Assembly: GCA_040755995.1 (NCBI GenBank)
Contig: JBFMAF010000023.1
Span: 224,001 to 288,000, forward strand
Direction of reading: 5' to 3'
Source: Acidobacteriota bacterium
GTDB taxonomy: Bacteria > Acidobacteriota > CAIWXX01
DNA length: 64,000 bases
Shown piece after piece: positions 1 through 9,107 of the stretch (position 1 is its first letter; each line of letters starts with the position of its first letter). Both the position numbers and the translations under genes were made by a program. A model generated the notes under the pieces. It made no database searches and was not told the DNA's origin. It saw only the letters and a list, made by a program, of their open reading frames with translations.

Positions 1-11
1 CTTTCGCTGTT

Positions 12-392
12 CTAGTCTCCGGAGCGCGTTCGAGCTATTCGGATGCCGAAGGAGTCGAGCCCTGCGCCTTTCACCTTTCGCAGCGTCAAGACGACGGCAC
101 GAACACCTCCCAGTCGCAGGATCTCGGAGGCGATCGCCCCGCCCAGAGATTCCAGCAGGCGATGCTCGGATCGCCCCGCTACCGCCTGGACAAGATCGAA
201 GACATGCTGGTAATCGATCGTGTCCTCGATCCGGTCGCTTATCTGCGCGCGGCGAAGATCCCGCTGAATCTCGATAGAGAGCGTGCAGCGAGGCCGGCGA
301 GACCGCTCGCGGGCCGTCGTGCCCACTCGCGGCCGGATCCGGACGCCCTCCAGGAGAACCATGTCAGCCGGGCCGCGCCGCGACTTCATCAC
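12..392 (-). CDS. folB: Dihydroneopterin aldolase
   Basis: G-x4-ER, 'SDRIEDTIDY', 'LLESLG' and 'LRK' motifs; ~120 aa. Confidence 0.85.
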   Translation of the reverse strand: MMKSRRGPADMVLLEGVRIRPRVGTTARERSRRPRCTLSIEIQRDLRRAQISDRIEDTIDYQHVFDLVQAVAGRSEHRLLESLGGAIASEILRLGGVRAVVLTLRKVKGAGLDSFGIRIARTRSGD

Positions 393-447
393 TCGGGTCC
401 GCCCGGCGGCCGCAGCGCGCCCGCACGCGCTGCCGTTGTCTCAAGGT

Positions 448-687
448 CTAGCGCTTCGGAGTGCATCCTGCGCAGCTCGATGCGGAGCATCCGGCGCAGC
501 CTCCGCCCATCGAGGACGTGAACGTACTCTTTCCACCAGAGGACACGCTTTTCATTCCGAAGACGGAGAACTCGCGACTATTATTGAAGCCGCCGCACTT
601 GGGGCAGGCGATCGCTTCGTTCCTGCTCATTACCAGCATCTCGAACTTGACCTTGCAGTCCTCGCAAACGTACTCGTAAATCGGCAT
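448..687 (-). CDS. FmdB-family zinc-ribbon protein
   Basis: MPIYEYxCxxC...CPxCG plus Cys-rich tail; SD AGGAG. Confidence 0.9.
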   Translation of the reverse strand: MPIYEYVCEDCKVKFEMLVMSRNEAIACPKCGGFNNSREFSVFGMKSVSSGGKSTFTSSMGGGCAGCSASSCAGCTPKR

Positions 688-935
688 CTACAACTCCTAC
701 GATGAATCTAGCACAGCTCTGCGCCAAGTCAATCGACCCTGCTCCCTCGGCGAATCACGGGACAGCTGCGCCCGATTGCCGGCCGACAATATGCGTGGAC
801 ATCGCGCTCGGCCGGTTGTACAGTGTTGCGGTGCATACCGCGTTCGCCCGACCGGGAGGAGACAGGCTCTCGGCTATTCGACCGCGGCGGCGCGTCTGAT
901 TGATGGCACCCGACGAATGAGCAGGAGGCAACGCG

Positions 936-1658
936 TTGAGCAAGATCAAAAGGCCGGCTTTCGTACTCGCAGTCATGACAGCCCTCGCCGGGGTCGCATC
1001 GGCCCAGAACATGAACGAACTGTCCGACCAGGAGGTGTCTAATCGCCTCACTTACATTCAGACCGTCCTGAACGAGGGGCAGACAAAGGCCAAGGTCTGG
1101 TGGTACGGTTGGCTTGTGGGATACACGGGTGCCACGGCCGGCCAGATGGCGTTCTACGCCGCCACGGATGAGCAGAAGACAAAGCAGGACATGGCCGCTG
1201 GGGCCGGCACCACGGCCCTCGGGGCCGTCGGGTTGCTCATCATGCCCATGGATCCAGCCCGGCTGCCCAATGATCTTCGCGCGATCCCAGCCGACACACC
1301 CGAGGCGCGGCGGGCCAAGCTGGCCACGGCAGAGAGCTACCTCCGCCGGAGCGCTGCGCGCGAGGCGAGCGGGCGATCGTGGAAGGTCCACGCACTCGCG
1401 GCGGCGGTCAACCTCGGAGCCGGCCTTGCTATCGGCCTTCGGCACGATCGCCCATTCTCCGACGGCCTGATCACATTCGCCGTCGGGCAACTGGTTTCTG
1501 AGGCTCAGATATTCACGCAGCCGAGAAGGGCGATTCGTGACCTCCGGGAATATGAGGGGCGGTCTGACTGGAGCAGTGCGAGCGTTCGGAGCGAGGCGCC
1601 TCGCGAGTGGTACATCGGAGCTTCTCCGTCGGGATTCGTCGTCGGGCTCAGGTTCTGA
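936..1658 (+). CDS. Hypothetical exported/membrane protein
   Basis: SD AGGAGG + TTG start, signal peptide, Gly/Ala hydrophobic segments, C-terminal ...GLRF. Confidence 0.7.
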   Translation: MSKIKRPAFVLAVMTALAGVASAQNMNELSDQEVSNRLTYIQTVLNEGQTKAKVWWYGWLVGYTGATAGQMAFYAATDEQKTKQDMAAGAGTTALGAVGLLIMPMDPARLPNDLRAIPADTPEARRAKLATAESYLRRSAAREASGRSWKVHALAAAVNLGAGLAIGLRHDRPFSDGLITFAVGQLVSEAQIFTQPRRAIRDLREYEGRSDWSSASVRSEAPREWYIGASPSGFVVGLRF

Positions 1659-1662
1659 GGGA

Positions 1663-3222
1663 CTATTGGCCGCGTGAAGATCCCTTTGTAAGCACACGTG
1701 CGCGAATCAGGCGCACGCCATGAACGCTCTTCTGGTAGGATCTTGCGAGGTCGGCGGCCGGGGTGTCGCCGGCAGGCAACCAGAAGAATCCTCCGAGCCT
1801 GTGAACCAATTTGGCCCTGACCGGCTGCATTGTCGCCGGGTCGCCGGGCTGGATGTTCTCGACCCGGATGCCGGATTCGGTGCCGACGTACTCGATCAGC
1901 GCGCTTGTCTCGATCAATCCGTACGGATCCGCACCTCGCACGTAGTAGACCTTGTTCAAGCCGAGGGATTGCTGGGCCAGCTCGGCGCAGATATCGCGCG
2001 ATTCCGCCCTGAGAAACAGAACAGGAACATCAATGGGGAAGACATCCACGATCCGGCGGGCTTCGTCTAGCAGACGCTGACTCCTTTCGGAGATGCGCGC
2101 GTAGTCAGCGACCTCGGCCCGGGCCACGTTGAGGCCGGCAATACCAACAAGCCCCGCGAGTGCGAGCAAGAGAGCTGTCACCCACCGAGAATGCTGTGCG
2201 GCCGTTTCAGCGAGGCTCGCGGCGAGAAGCAGGAAACCGAGATAAGGAATCGCGATGTATCGCGTGGGCATGTAGGGTATCAGCGCTACTGGAATGAGCG
2301 GGAGTAGTAGTAGACAAAGCCCGAGTGCGCCCGGGGCAGAACGTGACCGAAGCGCGTACCATCCCGCCAGAAGGACCACCAAAGTGGCGAGCAATCCCTT
2401 CCATCCGACGGGGAAACCGACGGGCACTGGCTCCTGCATCTGAAGGAAGGCGGAGAAGAGGTGCGGGATCTTCGCCATTGGGGCGATGTCGTATTCGTAG
2501 GTCCTCCATTGTTCGCGCGGTTCCGTGGGCAGGTAGAGAACAAGGTATGCGACGAGGGCGATCAGAAAAGGCGCCATCGCACGAAGCGACTTTCTCCACG
2601 ACGAGCCGTGGTGAAAACGTTCGAGGACTAATGCGATCGCCGGAGTGACTACCCAGGTCTCCTTGCTGCAGATCGCCATGGCCGTCGACACGCCGGCAAG
2701 TGCAATCCGCGCGCGCGACCAATCTTCTCCCGATCGTGGCCAGGCCGCCGCGAGGCCAAGCAACCCGAGCGCGAGCAGGGCGTCGGCGAGCATCGCTGGT
2801 TGGGTCGCTATCTCGATGGAGTAAGGTGAAGTCACCCAGAGCAGAGCGACACAGAGTGCTGTGACGTGGTGAAGCCGCAGCCGCATAGAGGCCAGTAGAA
2901 GCAGTATCCCGTTGGCGGAATGCACGAGGAGGTTGTCGAGCCGATAACCCAGGGGATTGATCCCCCAGAGCGCCCGGTCGATCAGGAACACGAGCGTGGT
3001 GGACGGCCTGAAGTAGTTGCCCATTCGAGAGAAGAACAGGTCGGGCCTGTCCGGAACGCGTCTCGTATACTGTATCCACTCATAGTCATCTCCGACGAGC
3101 GCCATGTGTAGAGTGGGAGCGAGGAGTGCAAACACGGCAAGCGGGATGACCGCAGCGCACAGCAGCCCGATGAGCCTTCGCGACGAAGCCGCGGGAGGCG
3201 TCAATCGCTGCACCGTGGCCAT
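1663..3222 (-). CDS. Polytopic GT-C-fold (PMT/TMTC-like) glycosyltransferase-like membrane protein
   Basis: 'GDDY', 'YFRP', 'GYRLDNLLVH', 'SKE', 'RY' motifs; many TM helices; start reassigned to MATVQR at 3222. Confidence 0.7.
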   Translation of the reverse strand: MATVQRLTPPAASSRRLIGLLCAAVIPLAVFALLAPTLHMALVGDDYEWIQYTRRVPDRPDLFFSRMGNYFRPSTTLVFLIDRALWGINPLGYRLDNLLVHSANGILLLLASMRLRLHHVTALCVALLWVTSPYSIEIATQPAMLADALLALGLLGLAAAWPRSGEDWSRARIALAGVSTAMAICSKETWVVTPAIALVLERFHHGSSWRKSLRAMAPFLIALVAYLVLYLPTEPREQWRTYEYDIAPMAKIPHLFSAFLQMQEPVPVGFPVGWKGLLATLVVLLAGWYALRSRSAPGALGLCLLLLPLIPVALIPYMPTRYIAIPYLGFLLLAASLAETAAQHSRWVTALLLALAGLVGIAGLNVARAEVADYARISERSQRLLDEARRIVDVFPIDVPVLFLRAESRDICAELAQQSLGLNKVYYVRGADPYGLIETSALIEYVGTESGIRVENIQPGDPATMQPVRAKLVHRLGGFFWLPAGDTPAADLARSYQKSVHGVRLIRARVLTKGSSRGQ

Positions 3223-3496
3223 CGGCGCCCATTCTATACAGCGCGTCATGAGTCCACAACAGATGGTATGTACCTCCGGGTCATGTTCGTAGCTGTGAAC
3301 GGAGCCCGCACGCGCCCTGCCGACTTCAACCGCGTAGGCAGCGTGGCGCCCGGCAATGGCCGCGCGCAGCAGCCCGCATCCGCGGTATTCCCGACGGCCC
3401 TTGAGGGACGCCCCACACAGTGGCACAATGATACCGGTGGACATGTGGGAGAGGAAGTCGAAGGGGTGACCTACGCAAGTCGGGAGGCGAGAGCCA

Positions 3497-4033
3497 ATGG
3501 GGGGTGAGGCTGGCGTCGAGCCGGAGGAGACGGTTTGCCCACTCCCTGAGGTTGCCGAGTGGGCGGTGGCCTGGACCAAGGCGCGCGCGGAGAAGACGTT
3601 CGTGAAGTACCTGGACGGCTTGGGCGTCAAGTCGTATCTCCCGCTGGCCCGCAAGCGCCGAGTCTACGGGAGGCACATACGGCAGTCGCTGCTGCCGTTG
3701 TTTCCAGGGTACGTCTTCTACGACGCCACCGGGATTGACCGGCGCGGGGTGTTCGAATCGAGGAAGGTGGCGCAGATCCTGCGCACGGAGGAGCAGGAGA
3801 GGCTGAAGGAGGAGCTGGCGAGCCTCTCGCTCGCCCTCGCGCAGCAGCCGCTGCTCCACAATGTTCCATTCGATGTCTCCGGCACGCCCGTGCGCGTGGT
3901 CGGCGGCCCGTTCAAGGATGTGCGCGGCGAGTTCATCCGCCGCAAGAAGGGCGACATGCTGGTCGTCAAGATCACACTGCTCCAGCGCGCCGTCGAGATG
4001 GAGATCGATGAGGCGTACGTGGAGAGAGTCTAG
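3497..4033 (+). CDS. NusG-paralogue transcription antiterminator (RfaH/UpxY type)
   Basis: NGN motifs 'WAVAWTKARAEK', 'YLPL', 'PLFPGYVF'; KOW 'GTPVRVVGGPF'. Confidence 0.9.
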   Translation: MGGEAGVEPEETVCPLPEVAEWAVAWTKARAEKTFVKYLDGLGVKSYLPLARKRRVYGRHIRQSLLPLFPGYVFYDATGIDRRGVFESRKVAQILRTEEQERLKEELASLSLALAQQPLLHNVPFDVSGTPVRVVGGPFKDVRGEFIRRKKGDMLVVKITLLQRAVEMEIDEAYVERV

Positions 4034-4076
4034 AAGATTTCAGGTTGCTGTCGTTGATGAACCATCTACTCGGCCG

Positions 4077-4994
4077 ATGGTGATCATGGACGCGCACTCT
4101 ACGGCGGTAACTATCCTGACCGAGCTGGATCAGACCGCCCGGGGCGTTGCGATCGGGCAGTTTCTGGCGGAAATGACCTACCGCGAGGCGAAGCAGATTC
4201 TCGGCCCGGCAGGCATAGACGTCCTGGTGCTCAAGGGCCCACACCTCGGCAACACGGTCTACGATTCACCAGCCGAACGCCCGTACTGCGACCTGGACCT
4301 GCTAGTCAGGCCGCGGGACCACCGCAAGGCGATCGAGCTTCTGACGCAGGGGCGCTTCACGCTCGCCGACTGGGATCCCGCTCGACTGGCTACCGAGCGC
4401 ACCTACTACAACCGGGCGCTGCGCTCGCGCTTCGGCGTGCTGGTCGAGTTGCACCGAGACCTCGCCGGGCACGCCCGCTATCCCGTCGACGTGGATGCGC
4501 TCTTCTCCCGCGCGGAATCCTTTCGGTTCGGCGAGACCGATGCGCGCGGACTCGGCACAGAAGATCTTCTCTGCCACCTGTGCCTCCACATCACGAAGAC
4601 TTACTTCTGGCTGGTCCAGCCGAAGCATCTCGAGGACATCAGGCTGCTGGTCGGCCGGCGGACGATAGACTGGGAGGTGCTGTCTGAGCGGATCGAGCAG
4701 ACGCGCTGCCGCGTCGGATCGTACTACTGCTTCATGTCGGCGAGTGAGAAGCTCGGTGTAGACGTCCCACGCTGGGTATTGGAGGCACTGAGGCCCGGCC
4801 CGGTCCGTAGATGGTGGCTGGAACGATTCATCGACTGGCGGAACTGGCCGTCGTACAAGTACCCCGCGCACTCATCCGCGCAGGTACAGTGGCGCGTGGG
4901 CATTCCATTGATCGATCGAGTGAAGGACTGGGTCCCGTTCACACTGACGTACGCATCCATCAGGCTCAAGGACGCCGCCTGTCGCCTGCGGTGA
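4077..4994 (+). CDS. Nucleotidyltransferase family protein (NTP_transf_5-like)
   Basis: 'LKG...Y...R...DLDLLV', 'VELH', 'LLCHLCLH' motifs; start uncertain. Confidence 0.85.
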   Translation: MVIMDAHSTAVTILTELDQTARGVAIGQFLAEMTYREAKQILGPAGIDVLVLKGPHLGNTVYDSPAERPYCDLDLLVRPRDHRKAIELLTQGRFTLADWDPARLATERTYYNRALRSRFGVLVELHRDLAGHARYPVDVDALFSRAESFRFGETDARGLGTEDLLCHLCLHITKTYFWLVQPKHLEDIRLLVGRRTIDWEVLSERIEQTRCRVGSYYCFMSASEKLGVDVPRWVLEALRPGPVRRWWLERFIDWRNWPSYKYPAHSSAQVQWRVGIPLIDRVKDWVPFTLTYASIRLKDAACRLR

Positions 4995-5006
4995 AAGCGG
5001 GGGCGG

Positions 5007-6836
5007 CTATCCGCGCTCTTGCATCTGCGCTATCCACGATGTTGCGTAGCGTCCTCCTGCGGAAAGCAGCTCCGCGTGGGTGCCACATTCAACCACGCGG
5101 CCCTGCTGCATCACATGGATGATGTCCGCCCGCATCGCGGTGGTGAAGCGGTGCGTGATGAGGAGGGTCGTGCGGCCTGCTGCCAGATCGCGAAAGCGGT
5201 CCATCCACGATGCCTCGGCCCAGGAGTCCATGGCGCTGGTCGGCTCGTCGAGAAGCATGATGGGAGCCTGGCGGAGGAATGCGCGTGCGAGCGCCAGCCG
5301 GTGCCACTCGCCTACGCTCAGCTCCGTCCCGCCGGCGAACCACTTCCCGAGCAGGGTGTCATATCCTTCAGGTAGACGCGCCACTGGACCATCGGCACCG
5401 GCCGCGCGTGCCGCGGCTTCAATCGCCTGTCGCGACGGCGCGCCGGCCAGGTCGCCAAGGGCGATGTTCTCGGCGACCGACGCGCTGTACTGGACGGGTT
5501 CCTGGAAGAGCACTGCAACAAGCCGCCGCAGCTCGGGGACGGAGAGGGTGCGGATGTCGACGCCGTCGAGCTCCACGCCGCCCTGTTCCGGATCGTACAG
5601 GCGGCAGACGAGCTTGATCAGGGTTGTCTTCCCCGCTCCGTTCTCGCCGACCACGGCCACCATCTTCCCAGCAGGGATGAAGAGGTCGAGGCCGCGGAGC
5701 ACGTCACGTCGGCCGTTCGGATAACGGAAGGTGACGTTCTTGAAGGCGATGCCGTGGCGCAGAACGGTGGGCGCAGGCCGTGGCTGCCTCGGATCCCTGA
5801 TCCGCGTTTCGAGCCCCAGGAACTCGAAGAGGTCTCCCAGGAATAGTGTGTTGCCGTAGATCTGGCCGAGGTTATGGAGCAGGTTGCTCATCAGCCCCTG
5901 TCCTCGGGTGAAGGCCTGGTAGAAGAAGGCGAGGACGCCGAGGCTGATCTCCCCGAGAATCGCGCGCCAGACCATCCACCCCATGGCACCGGCTGTTATG
6001 AGCAGACCGAAGACAGCTGCCGACAGCTCCCCCAGCCCTGCCGCCCTCTCCAGCCGGAGACTCTCCTTGCGCAGGCGGCCGCGCACACCCCTGTAGGCTT
6101 GCATGAAGTAGTCGCCGAGGGCCATGATGCGGATCTCGGAGGCCGGCACGACGTTCGTGAGGAGCCAGTTGTAGTACCATGCGCGGCGCTCGTCGGCAGT
6201 CATGCGCACGCGAGACTCGTGCATCCTCGCCCCGTGCCGCAGGACCACGTAGAGGGCGGGTACGGTGCTGATCAACAGCACCACAGGCAGCCAGGCACCG
6301 AGCGGTATCAGCACCGCGGTCATCGCGATCAAAGTGATCATATTCTGGAAGATCGCGCCGGCCTGTTCGATGAGCGTGACGGGACGGTATTGGGCCTCCT
6401 GCTGAGCCCGGAACATGTGGTCATGGTACTCCGGGGATTCGTAGTAGGCCATGTCGACCGAGATGGACTTCTGGTGGATCAGGCCTGCGATGTGGTCCTT
6501 GACGAGCTCGGCCTGCTGGGTACGCGTCCATTCGATGAGGCCTTCAGCGATCTCGTCCAGCAGCATCACGGCGGCTACGGCCGCCACGCAGAGCAGAAGC
6601 GGCCGGGCGGCCGGCCAGATCGTCCCGGCGCCCATCACCGCCACCAGGTCGTCCACGAGTATCCTGGTCAGGTAGACGGTTGCTATCGGCAGGAGCCCCT
6701 GGATCACGAGGAGTCCCGTCCATAGAAACATCCACCTCCCGGCGCCGGCCCAGACAAGCCGGAGTGCCCGGGGGATATAGGGCAGGTGGGCAAGGAATCT
6801 GCGGAACAACCCTGCGGCAGACTGATTGACAGCCAT
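5007..6836 (-). CDS. ABC exporter, fused permease/ATPase
   Basis: TM domain plus Walker A GENGAGKT, signature LSVGE, Walker B LLDEPT. Confidence 0.95.
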   Translation of the reverse strand: MAVNQSAAGLFRRFLAHLPYIPRALRLVWAGAGRWMFLWTGLLVIQGLLPIATVYLTRILVDDLVAVMGAGTIWPAARPLLLCVAAVAAVMLLDEIAEGLIEWTRTQQAELVKDHIAGLIHQKSISVDMAYYESPEYHDHMFRAQQEAQYRPVTLIEQAGAIFQNMITLIAMTAVLIPLGAWLPVVLLISTVPALYVVLRHGARMHESRVRMTADERRAWYYNWLLTNVVPASEIRIMALGDYFMQAYRGVRGRLRKESLRLERAAGLGELSAAVFGLLITAGAMGWMVWRAILGEISLGVLAFFYQAFTRGQGLMSNLLHNLGQIYGNTLFLGDLFEFLGLETRIRDPRQPRPAPTVLRHGIAFKNVTFRYPNGRRDVLRGLDLFIPAGKMVAVVGENGAGKTTLIKLVCRLYDPEQGGVELDGVDIRTLSVPELRRLVAVLFQEPVQYSASVAENIALGDLAGAPSRQAIEAAARAAGADGPVARLPEGYDTLLGKWFAGGTELSVGEWHRLALARAFLRQAPIMLLDEPTSAMDSWAEASWMDRFRDLAAGRTTLLITHRFTTAMRADIIHVMQQGRVVECGTHAELLSAGGRYATSWIAQMQERG

Positions 6837-6925
6837 GCCCCCTAGTATCACCCAGAATCGCTCCGCATGGAAATAGGCGATCACGGAATTCGGCGGACCA
6901 GGCTGAATTCGAGGGAAAGTTTATG

Positions 6926-6953
6926 TTGACAAATCGGTATTCGCGTGCATACT
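6926..6953 (+). promoter_or_regulatory. Sigma70-type promoter of EPS operon
   Basis: TTGACA-16 nt-CATACT in an AT-rich spacer. Confidence 0.65.
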
Positions 6954-6977
6954 TAGGAGAAATAAAGAGTCTGAATC

Positions 6978-6989
6978 GGCGGTAGATTG
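6978..6989 (+). promoter_or_regulatory. ops-like element (antiterminator loading site)
   Basis: GGCGGTAGATTG matches GGCGGTAGnnTG, in the leader of a polysaccharide operon. Confidence 0.7.
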
Positions 6990-7105
6990 GAGCACGGGAA
7001 GCAGCAACAGGGCAAGCGGATTGATGGCACGGCATCTCGATTTCGAGTGTGCTGTCGGATCACCAGCAATCGCGAGTGGTGGTCACGGAGCATAAGGAGG
7101 GAAAC

Positions 7106-7591
7106 ATGCTCAGAACGATCCGGCGAAACGTGGGTGGAATGGCTCTCTTCTTCGCGTGGGCAGTACTTTTCGCAACGATGCCGCTGGAGTTGATGGCTCA
7201 GACTGCCGAGCAGGCGACGGGGAGTGTCGTGGGCTTCCTGTATGACACCGACGGCAAGAGTCCGGTCAAGGAAGGGATCCTGAAGTTCAAGAACGTCTTC
7301 ACGAACCAGGAATTCCTCAGCCAGCCCACCGATGACCAGGGCGCCTACAAGGTCGAAGGCCTCCCGATAGGACAGTATACCGCTGTAGCCACCGTCGACA
7401 AGAAGGACTACAAGTTCGAGTACGTCATCGTCGTGGTCAGTCCGAACGAACAGGCCAAGGTCAATTTCATGCTCTACAAGAGACGCGGCTGCCTGTGGCT
7501 GGTCCTGCTGGGCGGGGGCGCCGCGGTGGCAACCACTGCTGCCATTCTCCTCACGGGCGAAGAGGAGCCGCCGGCCAGCCCTGCAAGGTGA
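7106..7591 (+). CDS. Exported carboxypeptidase-regulatory-like (beta-sandwich) protein with C-terminal TM
   Basis: SD AAGGAGG, signal peptide, 'TDDQGAYKVEGLPIGQYT', C-terminal hydrophobic segment. Confidence 0.8.
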   Translation: MLRTIRRNVGGMALFFAWAVLFATMPLELMAQTAEQATGSVVGFLYDTDGKSPVKEGILKFKNVFTNQEFLSQPTDDQGAYKVEGLPIGQYTAVATVDKKDYKFEYVIVVVSPNEQAKVNFMLYKRRGCLWLVLLGGGAAVATTAAILLTGEEEPPASPAR

Positions 7592-7716
7592 GATGACAAG
7601 GTCGCGGGGACATGCGCAAGCACCGGGCGGTTGCTACATCCCCGCGATTGATGCCTCCTCGATTCTGTTGATCTGCGCGCAGGAGATAGGGCTGCGCCGC
7701 AGGGGGTGATGGAACA

Positions 7717-8970
7717 ATGCCACGGGTTCCCCCCGGCCGTTCCCGCCCTCTCCGGAATGCGGCATCCCTGCTGCTGGCGGCCTGCCTGGCGGGGCCGAAC
7801 GTCTGCTCCGGCATCGAATCCGAAGATCCTATCGAGAAGATCCGTCGGATGTACGACGATGCGCCTTTTCGCCTGGGGCCGTTCAAGGCGTCGCCTGAGC
7901 TGTTTTTGAACAACGCCGGTGTCGACGACAACGTCTGGGGCGCCTACGAGGATCCGATCCGTGACTTCACCTTCACGGCGGGCGGCGGCGGCACGCTCTT
8001 CCTCCGTGCGGGCCATCGCGTTCTCCTCTCTGTGCACGAGACCCCGAGTTACGTGTACTTCAACGAGACTGAACAGCTCCGGGGGTGGAACAACGCGCTG
8101 ACCGTGCGGCAGCACGTGGCGCTCAACCGGTTTCTCGTGACTTTCACCGAGGCGGCCTCGATCGTCCGCGAGCGATACAGTTCGGAGATGGACGCTCCGC
8201 CGCGGCACAAGGAGAACGCAATCGAAGGCTCGGTGCTGTGGCTGACCGCCCAGCGTACGTCCTTGGAGATCCGCGGCAGGGGCACGCAGATTCGATACAC
8301 CGACGAAGACTTCGAGGGGCAGAACCTCGATACGCTCCTGAGCCGCGACGAGACGCTCGTGGCCGGGAGGCTCTACTACCAGCTCTTCCCGAAGACGAAG
8401 TTGTTCGTGGAGGGCGAGGGCGTTCGGTACGCCTTCAGGGATGACCCGGAGGCCAGGGATTCGCGAAGCCGCGGCCTCTACGCGGGCTTCGAGTTCTCGC
8501 CGGAAGCCACTCTGTCCGGCGCGGTGAGACTGGGTTACGAGTCATTCGAGCCGCTCGATCCGGCGGCGAAGTCTTACGACGGCATTGCAGGCGAGGCCAA
8601 GATCGCATATCGCTTCATGAGCCGTTTCGTTGCCCGGGGGCTCTTCTCGAGGAACCCATACTTCTCGGTCTACTCCGACAACACGTACTTCCTGGAGACG
8701 CGCGCGGGGATCGGGGGCACGGTTTACCTGCTGCGTGGGCTGCGCATCGAGTACGACTACACCCGCGGAGAGAACTCGTACCCTGAGGAACCCTCGCCGG
8801 AGAACAGGGTGGATCGCTATTACATAAACCAGTTCCGCCTTGCGTATCGCCTGCGCCGGCACTGGGACCTCGGCCTGTCAGTCTACCAGTGGTCGCGCGA
8901 CTCGACCGTCACCGACCTGGGAGACAACAGAACTACGTGGGGATTCAATCTTGCCTATGCCGGGAAGTAG
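7717..8970 (+). CDS. Outer-membrane beta-barrel (BBP2/EpsX-like), polysaccharide export associated
   Basis: Signal peptide, alternating aromatic beta-strands, position before wzc. Confidence 0.75.
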   Translation: MPRVPPGRSRPLRNAASLLLAACLAGPNVCSGIESEDPIEKIRRMYDDAPFRLGPFKASPELFLNNAGVDDNVWGAYEDPIRDFTFTAGGGGTLFLRAGHRVLLSVHETPSYVYFNETEQLRGWNNALTVRQHVALNRFLVTFTEAASIVRERYSSEMDAPPRHKENAIEGSVLWLTAQRTSLEIRGRGTQIRYTDEDFEGQNLDTLLSRDETLVAGRLYYQLFPKTKLFVEGEGVRYAFRDDPEARDSRSRGLYAGFEFSPEATLSGAVRLGYESFEPLDPAAKSYDGIAGEAKIAYRFMSRFVARGLFSRNPYFSVYSDNTYFLETRAGIGGTVYLLRGLRIEYDYTRGENSYPEEPSPENRVDRYYINQFRLAYRLRRHWDLGLSVYQWSRDSTVTDLGDNRTTWGFNLAYAGK

Positions 8971-9107
8971 CCGATGGAATTCAGATTTCGGATCTCAAAT
9001 CTCAGGTTTCGGATCTGGGATCTGGTGGTTAGCGAGCAGGCGGTGGTTCTGATTCTCCGTTGCCGCCCGGAGGCGGTGAATTCGAGAATCCAGATTGGGG
9101 TGAGCCG

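Noticed and set aside
3334..3345. Second ops site upstream of the NusG paralogue
   Set aside because: GTAGGCAGCGTG has three mismatches in the core; plausible by chance
4077..6836. Lasso-peptide cluster suggested by the nucleotidyltransferase + ABC exporter
   Set aside because: No cyclase, B1/B2 proteins or precursor visible in the window
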